Assembly (NCBI GenBank): GCA_965216635.1
Contig: OZ244188.1
Location: 1,216,001 to 1,280,000, forward strand
Source of the DNA: a bacterium
Lineage (GTDB): Bacteria; SAR324; XYD2-FULL-50-16; G965216635
Length of the DNA stretch: 64,000 nt
Direction of reading: 5' to 3'
Shown piece after piece: positions 56,739-64,000 of the stretch. The position numbers and the translations under genes are program-made. A model generated the notes under the pieces. That model did not search any database. It saw only the letters and a list, made by a program, of their open reading frames with translations, and was not told the DNA's origin. How positions within the stretch are numbered: position 1 is the first letter of the stretch; every line of letters begins with the position of its first letter.

Positions 56739-58247
56739 TTACAAAATATAGCGACTCAAATCGTCGTTCTCGTAAATATCTTTGAGTTGCTTGTTGACAT
56801 AATCTACGGTGATTTTGACTCGATTTCCTTTCATATCGGGGGCGTTAAAACTCACTTCTTCTAGCAATTTTTCAATGACGGTATGCAACCTTCTAGCTCC
56901 TATATTGATTGTTTTTTCATTGACTTGAAACGCAATATCTGCCAAAAGATCTATCGCATCTGCATTAAATTGTAGCTTGACTTTTTCAGTATCCAATAGA
57001 GCTATAGATTGCTTGATTAAGGAATTGGAAGGCTCTTTTAAAATACGAATTAGATCTTTTTTACTCAGAGAATCTAGCTCTACACGCACGGGAAAACGAC
57101 CTTGAAATTCAGGTATAATATCCGATGGTTTGCTAAAATGAAAAGCTCCTGCTGCAATAAAGAGAATAAAATCAGTTTTGACAGTGCCATATTTTGTGCG
57201 TACTGAAGTTCCTTCTACAATAGGCAGTAAATCTCTTTGCACCCCCTCTCCAGAAATATCTCCCTTATGATGCTCTTCCTTGCCTACAATCTTATCTATC
57301 TCATCAATGAAAACTATCCCTGCTTCCTCTACTCTTTCTATGGCTTGCTTATTAATATTTTCTTGATCTATAAGTTTTTCGGCTTCTTCTTGTTGAAAGT
57401 GTTTTATGGCGTCTTTAACTTTAAATTTTTTGCTTTTCTTTTTTTTAGGAAATAAATTAGCAAAATTATCTCGTAAAGAATCTAACTCTTCTCCCATAGC
57501 AGGCATAAATTCTACTGATACAAAATTTGTGCTCTGTTCTCTTATTTCTATTTCAATCAAACGTTCATCCAGACTGCCTGATACTATTTTTTGATAAAAT
57601 TTTTCTCTCAACTGGTTTTGTTCTTCTCCTGGTTGTTGATTTTGGGAAGCAGTATCCTTTTTTTCTACTTCTCCGATACTGGCTTCTTTTTGGCTGGCTT
57701 CTTTTTGGCTGGCTTCTTTTTTGGGGGCATCTACTTGCTTGCTTACCACTTTTTTTGCCTCTGTCTGCTTAATATCTGTTTGTTTTGTAAATGTGTCTTT
57801 AATATCCGATTGTTCAATGCCCGGCAACATACATTCTACTACTCTATGGAAGGCTTGCTCTTCGGCAGCAGCTTGTACTTGATTTAATTTCTCTTTTCTG
57901 ACTAGATTTATAGAAATTTCGGTTATATCTCGTATAATAGATTCTACATCTCTACCTACATACCCTACTTCTGTAAATTTAGAAGCCTCTACTTTGATAA
58001 AAGGAGCTTTGATTAACTTAGCCACTCTTCTAGCTATCTCTGTTTTTCCTACTCCTGTGGGCCCTATCATCAAAATATTTCTCGGTGTGATTTCTTCTCT
58101 TAGTTCTGTCTTAACCTGTTGTCGTCGCCAACGATTTCTCAAAACAATCGCCAAAGACTTTTTTGCTTGTTCTTGCCCTATAATATATTTATCCAAAAAA
58201 GCAATGACCTGTTTAGGGGTTAGCTCTTCTATATTGATTGATTGCAT
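56739..58247 (-). CDS. hslU: ATP-dependent protease ATPase HslU
   Basis: GPTGVGKTEIARR, GYVG, DEIDKI, C-terminal DLSRYIL. Confidence 0.97.
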   Translation of the reverse strand: MQSINIEELTPKQVIAFLDKYIIGQEQAKKSLAIVLRNRWRRQQVKTELREEITPRNILMIGPTGVGKTEIARRVAKLIKAPFIKVEASKFTEVGYVGRDVESIIRDITEISINLVRKEKLNQVQAAAEEQAFHRVVECMLPGIEQSDIKDTFTKQTDIKQTEAKKVVSKQVDAPKKEASQKEASQKEASIGEVEKKDTASQNQQPGEEQNQLREKFYQKIVSGSLDERLIEIEIREQSTNFVSVEFMPAMGEELDSLRDNFANLFPKKKKSKKFKVKDAIKHFQQEEAEKLIDQENINKQAIERVEEAGIVFIDEIDKIVGKEEHHKGDISGEGVQRDLLPIVEGTSVRTKYGTVKTDFILFIAAGAFHFSKPSDIIPEFQGRFPVRVELDSLSKKDLIRILKEPSNSLIKQSIALLDTEKVKLQFNADAIDLLADIAFQVNEKTINIGARRLHTVIEKLLEEVSFNAPDMKGNRVKITVDYVNKQLKDIYENDDLSRYIL

Positions 58248-58335
58248 AGTTGTTTTTAAATTTTTGAATTAGACATTCTATAATGCCTAATTCGGTAGTC
58301 TTCATTAGTGTAGGCAAGGTTTCTTTTAGGATTGA

Positions 58336-58884
58336 TTAAAGTTCTAATATATTAAACTGCCTATTAGTATAAATACAAATATCAGCTGCGATTTCCATAG
58401 ATTTTAAAGCAACATCTTTGGCACTAAGTTTAGTATTGTTCATCAAGGCTTTCGCAGCAGAAATAGCAAACATACCTCCAGAGCCTATTGCCATCACTCC
58501 ATCTTCTGGTTCTATTACATCGCCAGTTCCTGAAAGAATAAAAGAATGCTCTTTATCTGCAACGCAGAGCATCGCTTCTAATCTCCGCAACATTTTATCA
58601 GAGCGCCATTCCTTTGCCATATCTACAGCTGCTTTAGTAAGATTGCCTTGACACTCTTCTAGTTTTCCTTCAAACCTCTCAAAAAGAGTGAACGCATCTG
58701 CAGTAGCTCCCGCAAATCCAGCTAGGACTTTATTATGATAGGCTTTTTTTACTTTTTTAGCATTGCTTTTCATTATAGTATTTCCTAAAGTAACCTGTCC
58801 GTCTCCTATCATCACAACGGATTTGTCTTTTCTTACAGCCAGTATAGTAGTTGCTTCCATATTTGTTGGACTATTTGCGTTCAT
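58336..58884 (-). CDS. hslV: ATP-dependent protease peptidase HslV
   Basis: [25 protein letters not shown]. Confidence 0.97.
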   Translation of the reverse strand: MNANSPTNMEATTILAVRKDKSVVMIGDGQVTLGNTIMKSNAKKVKKAYHNKVLAGFAGATADAFTLFERFEGKLEECQGNLTKAAVDMAKEWRSDKMLRRLEAMLCVADKEHSFILSGTGDVIEPEDGVMAIGSGGMFAISAAKALMNNTKLSAKDVALKSMEIAADICIYTNRQFNILEL

Positions 58885-58896
58885 AAATATTCTGCC

Positions 58897-59529
58897 TTAA
58901 ATTTTAAAAAAATTTTGAGCCACATAGCTAGAATTAGTAATATCAGCTCCTGCTTTTTGCATTTCAGCGAGAGCTTTTTCTTCATCTATTGAATCAAGGT
59001 TGACAGCACGGCAACCATCACTGATAACACAAACTTGAAAAGCATCTTGAAGAGCATCTAAAACACTAAATTTTACGCAGTAATCGGTAGCCAAGCCTAA
59101 AACAAACAGGCTACAGACAGATTCTTCTTTTAGCCACTCAGAAAGTCCCGTAGAAAATTTGCGATTCATATCATAAAAGGAACTATAGCTATCTACATTC
59201 TTATGGTAGCCTTTTTGGAAAGTTTTTGCTATCTTTTTTTGATTTAAGTCACCCCTCAGTTCTGCACCAAAACTGTTTTGAACACAGTGATCTTGCCAAA
59301 GAACCTGCTGGGTTCCTTCCAAATCAATCACATCACCTACCTTTTTACCAGAATGCTGACTTGCAAAAGATAAATGATTCCTAGGATGCCAATCTTGACT
59401 AGCAACCACAAGTTCAAAATGTTCCATCATTTGATTAGCTACAGGCACAACCATTTCGCCGTCTTTTACTGCTAAATTTCCATTGATACAAAAATCATTT
59501 TGAATATCAACCAATAAGAGTGCATTCAT
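58897..59529 (-). CDS. pncA: Nicotinamidase/pyrazinamidase
   Basis: VDIQNDF, QDWHP, HCVQ, GLATDYCV. Confidence 0.93.
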   Translation of the reverse strand: MNALLLVDIQNDFCINGNLAVKDGEMVVPVANQMMEHFELVVASQDWHPRNHLSFASQHSGKKVGDVIDLEGTQQVLWQDHCVQNSFGAELRGDLNQKKIAKTFQKGYHKNVDSYSSFYDMNRKFSTGLSEWLKEESVCSLFVLGLATDYCVKFSVLDALQDAFQVCVISDGCRAVNLDSIDEEKALAEMQKAGADITNSSYVAQNFFKI

Positions 59530-59749
59530 TTTTTGGTTTTTTCAAAGAGATTTTAATAGCATTAAGTAGACTTTATAGTTCGGCAGGTCTGTCCCAATAT
59601 GAAAGATAGAAAAAAGACTAGATTGAAACTTAAACTTCACTAAAAACCTCAAATCCAACCTTTTTAAAAATTATACAGATAGCTACTAAATTGTCAACAC
59701 AAAAAAAACTGTATTAAATATCCCGAGAAATTGCATTTTAAATTGAATC

Positions 59750-59784
59750 AAAAAAGCCTCCAAAAACATTTTGGAGGCTTTTTG
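59750..59784. terminator. Repeated terminator-like hairpin (copy 1 of 3)
   Basis: AAAAAGCCTCCAAAA-ACA-TTTTGGAGGCTTTTT; also at about 61759 and 62796. Confidence 0.8.
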
Positions 59785-59880
59785 ATTTAGAATTATAAAG
59801 ACAGATATTGGAAAAAATTATTTTTACTTTAAACTAAAATTTTTCCGGATAACTCAGTATAAAAAACAATATTGAATACA

Positions 59881-59950
59881 ATGACAACCTAATATATGAT
59901 GCAGTTATTCAAGCTAAATGTCCCAAAAATGTAGCCGAAAAAGCAATCCT
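59881..59950 (+). pseudogene. Degenerate copy of the 5' end of the 62937-63176 gene
   Basis: TATGATGCAGTTATTCAAGCTAAATGTCCCAAAAATGTAGCCGAAAAAGCA matches YDAFIQAKCPKEVAEKA; upstream DNA also matches 62826-62936. Confidence 0.75.
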
Positions 59951-59991
59951 AAAGAATCTTTTAAAATTAAGTCAATAGCTATAAACAAAAA

Positions 59992-60029
59992 CCCCAAAGA
60001 CTAAAGATAAAAATCTTTAGTCTTTGGGG
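59992..60029. terminator. Perfect 17-bp stem hairpin
   Basis: CCCCAAAGACTAAAGAT-AAAA-ATCTTTAGTCTTTGGGG. Confidence 0.7.
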
Positions 60030-60146
60030 CTTTTAAAAAATCAGAGGTGAGAAAATTATTTTTTAAATTTCTTTAATAGGAGTTTTAAAAAAACAACCCA
60101 TAAACCAAAAAAAACAGTAAAAATAATTTCAATTTTTTTCATATCT

Positions 60147-60662
60147 TCAATTTATTTTCACCAAATCTTTCTTATAATTTTGAATACGAGGATCACTAAT
60201 AAGTAAAACGTGTAATTCTCTGGTTTCAGAATTATAACTACTACTAGATTTATCTAATCCAGCATTTATTGCATTATTTTTACCAAAAGTCCACATCGCA
60301 CCGGTTAAAGGATCTACAATTAACCAACCAAGAAAACCTCCAAAAAATATATTCCCAACAATATACCACCCACCGTTTAAATGGGCTTCTAATCTAATTG
60401 TTTGTTCCATATAACCATCAGCAGTAAATACAAAATCATATTTTCCTGCTTTAAAATAACCACCACTTCTGCTGGGTTTCACAGTTGCTGGAGTAGAGCC
60501 TGAGAAAACAATATTGTTGTTCTTATTTATATCAAGAATCTTAAAACTAGCTTTTGGCGTAGAAGAAACAGATATATTTTCAGCACCACCATCAACTACA
60601 GATGCACATCCACTAAAAGCAAATATAGCAGATAAAAACAATACAAGTTTAATAATTTTCAT
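60147..60662 (-). CDS. Lipoprotein (PEGA-like domain plus C-terminal hydrophobic hairpin)
   Basis: Lipobox FSGC; ISVSSTP..A, GSTP, GNIFFGGFLGWLIVDPLTGAMW. Confidence 0.8.
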   Translation of the reverse strand: MKIIKLVLFLSAIFAFSGCASVVDGGAENISVSSTPKASFKILDINKNNNIVFSGSTPATVKPSRSGGYFKAGKYDFVFTADGYMEQTIRLEAHLNGGWYIVGNIFFGGFLGWLIVDPLTGAMWTFGKNNAINAGLDKSSSSYNSETRELHVLLISDPRIQNYKKDLVKIN

Positions 60663-60973
60663 AATTATTTATAAATTTAAGGTTAATATTAATAGGTTTT
60701 ATCTAACTAAAACTAATTTTTTAATCAATTTCACTTAGATAGAACCTATAAAAAACAAGAGTGTAGTGTTTTTTTTTAAAAAAGTCAATAATCTTTTTTA
60801 GATTGATATAAAATTTTTAAAAAAAAATAAAGAAATTTCTCTAAATCATCCAAAAAAATAGATTTTTGAAATTTATTGCTTGACTTTCTAGGTGTTTTAT
60901 TTTAAGAGTATGTTTTTTAACATATTAATATGCTACTATCTATATTACTATTTAACCTTATCTAAAATAAATT

Positions 60974-61738
60974 ATGAAAAAGATAATTGTATTGGTAGTG
61001 TGCGGCTTCCTATTTTTGAGTGGGAATAGCCTTTTTGCTCAAATTAATTTTGATGATTGTTTTGAAATAGAAAGACTCAAAGCAAAATCGGATGGTTTAG
61101 GTTCTGTAGAGTCAGCTGATCAAGCGAGTAAAGTTTGTAAGTTAAAGTTAGGAATCGAAAGCCAAGTAAATACAGCACAAACTCCTTCTGTTCAAAATAA
61201 TACTATAAATAAAACAGGGGGTTTTATTGGTATTTCTCCTCTTCATTCTGGTACATATACATCAGTAATCGAATCTACATATTCTTATACTTATGAATCT
61301 GCATATAGTTCATATAGTTCCGCCAGGACATCTAGTTCGACATCTACTAAAATTTTTGATAGCGGATTGGGATTAAAAGTGGGTTATAATTCTTCAAACT
61401 CGAGAATTTCCTATAATAATTACACTTGGAATATTGATGATGCTAAAATAAAAAACTCGCTTATTATATATGATTATGTAGCCGATTCTGGGTTTTATTA
61501 TGGAGTTGGTATTGGAAACGGAACTGTAGAAGCTGGTAGTTTTTCAGAATCTGGAATTGCTTTTGGCTTTAACCTAGGTTATGATTTTAATATTGACGAA
61601 TCATTTCAGATAGGTCTAGGTTATTTGATATCTAGTTTCGGCTATACTTTAGAGAATTCAACTAGGTATTCAACTTCTAAATCTGATGTTAATATTACGA
61701 CAGCTACTTTATTTTTAGCTTTAACCTATCGTTTCTAA
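60974..61738 (+). CDS. Small outer-membrane beta-barrel protein (copy A)
   Basis: Signal peptide; GLGLKVGY, FYYGVGIG, FNLGYDF; ends LALTYRF. Confidence 0.8.
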   Translation: MKKIIVLVVCGFLFLSGNSLFAQINFDDCFEIERLKAKSDGLGSVESADQASKVCKLKLGIESQVNTAQTPSVQNNTINKTGGFIGISPLHSGTYTSVIESTYSYTYESAYSSYSSARTSSSTSTKIFDSGLGLKVGYNSSNSRISYNNYTWNIDDAKIKNSLIIYDYVADSGFYYGVGIGNGTVEAGSFSESGIAFGFNLGYDFNIDESFQIGLGYLISSFGYTLENSTRYSTSKSDVNITTATLFLALTYRF

Positions 61739-61758
61739 AATAGTTTTTTATTCAATTT

Positions 61759-61789
61759 AAAGCCTCCAAAAATTTTTGGAGGCTTTTTT
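61759..61789 (+). terminator. Repeated terminator hairpin (copy 2)
   Basis: AAAGCCTCCAAAAATTTTTGGAGGCTTTTTT. Confidence 0.8.
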
Positions 61790-62005
61790 ATTTGGGATTA
61801 TAAAAACAAACATAGAAAAAAAAATAGATTTTTATTTTGCTGAATTTTTAAAAAAAAATAAAAAATTTTGTCTAAATTATCCAAAAAAATAGATTTTTAA
61901 AATTTATTACTTGACTTTCTAGGTGTTTTATTTTAAGAGTATGTTTTTTAGCATATTAATTATGCTACTATCTGTATTACTATTTAACCTTATCTAAAAT
62001 AAATT

Positions 62006-62782
62006 ATGAAAAAGATAATTGTATCGGTAGTGTGCGGCTTCCTATTTTTGAGTGGGAATAGCCTTTTTGCTCAAAGTAATTTTGATGATTGTTTTGAGAT
62101 TGAAAGACTCAAAGCAAAGTCGGATGGTTTAGGTGCTGTAGAAGCGGCTGAACAAGCGAGTAAAGTTTGTAAAGCAAAGTTAGGCGGAACTCAAAACCAA
62201 GGAAATATCACAAAAACCTCTACTTCTCAAGCTAATACCAAAAAAGATGGTGGTTTTTTTGTTGGAGTAATGCCTTATTTTTCTGGGAGTCTGAGAGTGG
62301 CTAATGAAGAAAAACCTAGAGATACAAGTATTAATTGTGTAGATTGTTCTAAAAGTTCAGCTACCGAAAATACAGATTCTGGATTTGGCTATAGAGTAGG
62401 ATTGCAAAGAAACAAACATCAGATAGGTCTAGAATCTTATACATGGAAAGTTGAAAGTTTAGAAGTTTCCAATCTACTCATTGGATATGATTATGTATAT
62501 TCTTCTGGTTTTCTTGTTGGTATAGGACTTGGAAATGGACAGGTGAAAAATGGAGAAAGCGGTGTTGCTTTTAAGTTTGGATTTGGATATCAAGGAAATA
62601 TTACGGATATATTTAGATATTCTATAAATTATCAATATTCATCCTTTTCTTATGATGTAGGTTCACGAACAACTACCTTATGTCAAGTAAGCTATCCTTA
62701 TAGTTGTCGTGATGTTACTTTAGATGAAGAGGTAACTATAGGAATTAGTGGTTTTAGCGTTAATTTAATAGCAACTTTTTAA
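62006..62782 (+). CDS. Small outer-membrane beta-barrel protein (copy B)
   Basis: First about 57 aa near-identical to copy A; barrel divergent; ends VNLIATF. Confidence 0.8.
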   Translation: MKKIIVSVVCGFLFLSGNSLFAQSNFDDCFEIERLKAKSDGLGAVEAAEQASKVCKAKLGGTQNQGNITKTSTSQANTKKDGGFFVGVMPYFSGSLRVANEEKPRDTSINCVDCSKSSATENTDSGFGYRVGLQRNKHQIGLESYTWKVESLEVSNLLIGYDYVYSSGFLVGIGLGNGQVKNGESGVAFKFGFGYQGNITDIFRYSINYQYSSFSYDVGSRTTTLCQVSYPYSCRDVTLDEEVTIGISGFSVNLIATF

Positions 62783-62795
62783 TGAGAATTATAAG

Positions 62796-62824
62796 AGCCT
62801 CCAAAAAATTTTGGAGGCTTTTTT
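62796..62824 (+). terminator. Repeated terminator hairpin (copy 3)
   Basis: AGCCTCCAAAAAATTTTGGAGGCTTTTTT. Confidence 0.8.
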
Positions 62825-62936
62825 GTTTAGAATTATAAAGACAGACATTGAAAAAAGTTATTTTCACTTTAAACTAACTCTTTTTAAAGATAACTCTTTT
62901 CCAAGATAACTTAGTATAAAAATTAAAATAAGTACA

Positions 62937-63176
62937 ATGATAGCCGAAGTCTATGACGCATTCATTCAAGCTAAGTGTCCTAAAGAAGTAGCTGAAAAAG
63001 CAGCTATTGCATTAAGTACAGAGACTAAAAGAGAATCAGATACAATAAGAATAGATATTCAACGAATAGAACTTAAAGTAGATAAACTGGATAAAGAACT
63101 AGCTGTTTTAAAATGGATGGTAGGTGGAATAGGAGCAGTGTGTGTTACAATTTTAGTAAAACTGCTAATAGGATAG
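62937..63176 (+). CDS. Small coiled-coil protein with C-terminal TM (CCDC90/DUF1640-like)
   Basis: Head domain, coiled coil, LKWMVGG...TM. Confidence 0.7.
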   Translation: MIAEVYDAFIQAKCPKEVAEKAAIALSTETKRESDTIRIDIQRIELKVDKLDKELAVLKWMVGGIGAVCVTILVKLLIG

Positions 63177-63461
63177 ACTTTTGAATTTGCCAAATAGGAC
63201 AAAACTAGCTGTTTAGCCAAAACAAGCTTATTGCTTGACGCTTTTTATGGACTATTTGTGAAACTGCCAAAGGGCTGTTTCACAGTTCATTCTTGCTTAA
63301 TGCAAGGTTTATAGTGCCCTGATCCCATTATTGTGGCACTACGCCATTAAAAAAAAATTTTAACTCTTGAAATACTTGAGTATTCCTGCGAGCTAAAAAA
63401 TTTTTTTGCACCTGTTCTAACCATTTGGCTAGCCGTCACATCAGCGAAATTCAAAGGTCTA
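63174..63461. mobile_element. MITE-like mosaic repeat, longest copy (288 bp)
   Basis: TAGACTTTTGAATTT ... AAATTCAAAGGTCTA; carries most internal modules; its first TAG is the stop of the upstream ORF. Confidence 0.85.
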
Positions 63462-63527
63462 TAGGATAGCGTATCTTAAATTTTTTTCAAAGACTGTTTG
63501 GTTTTTAACATTAGCTAATTTAGTCCA

Positions 63528-64000
63528 TTAAGGAGCATCATCTACCCAGCGTCCTTCTTCCTTAATTAGTTCAATCAATTTTTCTACAGCTTGCGTTTCA
63601 GGAACGCTGCGTTGGATTCTTTTGTGTCCTAGATACAAATCTACTTTCCCAGTAGCAGAGCCTACATAACCAAAATCTGCATCAGCCATCTCGCCTGGTC
63701 CATTAACCATACAACCCATCACTCCTATTTTTACTCCTTTCAAGTGATCCGTTTTTTCTTTCACTTTTTCCGTTACCTCTTGCAGGTTGAAAAGAGTCCT
63801 GCCGCAAGAAGGGCAAGCAATATACTCTGTTCGTGAAATTTTTGTTTTAGTAGCCTGCAAAAGATAAGAAATTCTTGTGAGTTGTGTGGCTGTAGTTTCA
63901 GAGTGCAGTAATAAAAAATCCAATAAACCTTCTCCCAATAAACAAGCAAATTCTATCTCTAAAGAGAAATCCACAGAAGTATTTTTTGCAGGCAGAAAAA
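63528..64000 (-). CDS. ispG: 4-hydroxy-3-methylbut-2-en-1-yl diphosphate synthase, C-terminal part (5' end outside window)
   Basis: [20 protein letters not shown]; the frame stays open to the window edge. Confidence 0.93.
   Translation of the reverse strand, partial: FLPAKNTSVDFSLEIEFACLLGEGLLDFLLLHSETTATQLTRISYLLQATKTKISRTEYIACPSCGRTLFNLQEVTEKVKEKTDHLKGVKIGVMGCMVNGPGEMADADFGYVGSATGKVDLYLGHKRIQRSVPETQAVEKLIELIKEEGRWVDDAP

Noticed and set aside
59750..62824. Integron attC sites
   Set aside because: The hairpins are perfect stems with T-tails and lack RYYYAAC/GTTRRRY ends and extrahelical bases. No integrase is present.

Overview
AT-rich bacterial chromosome segment in the standard genetic code. 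The gene content and order (tRNA-Pro/Arg/His/Arg/Leu then tig-clpP-clpX, a sigma54-type hsp20 pair, long-type ispG) suggest a Deltaproteobacteria/SAR324-like and possibly host-associated lineage; this is inference only. Most of the window is housekeeping (GcvT-family oxidoreductase, mnmE, pyrF/B/D/C, tig-clpP-clpX, pth-rplY, sppA-aspS, hemY, aroQ, rlmB, cysK-like, apbC, rodA, sucD, folA, hslUV, pncA, ispG). It also holds a rearranged defence island at about 4.8-14.8 kb: type I R plus a fused M-S gene, two membrane-anchored pentapeptide-repeat paralogs, a split rhuM and broken toxin-antitoxin pairs. Five unusual patterns stand out. (1) A dispersed mosaic intergenic repeat family with TAGACYTTTGAATT terminal inverted repeats and shuffled internal modules, at least 15 copies or fragments. 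(2) Recurrent in-frame 15-nt minisatellites inside core genes. (3) Four small beta-barrel surface proteins with variable loops and duplicated promoters, one next to a G11 tract. (4) A ClpP lacking its catalytic Ser and Asp in the canonical tig-clpP-clpX operon. (5) Repeated loss of the toxic partner with retention of the protective partner in TA and RM pairs.
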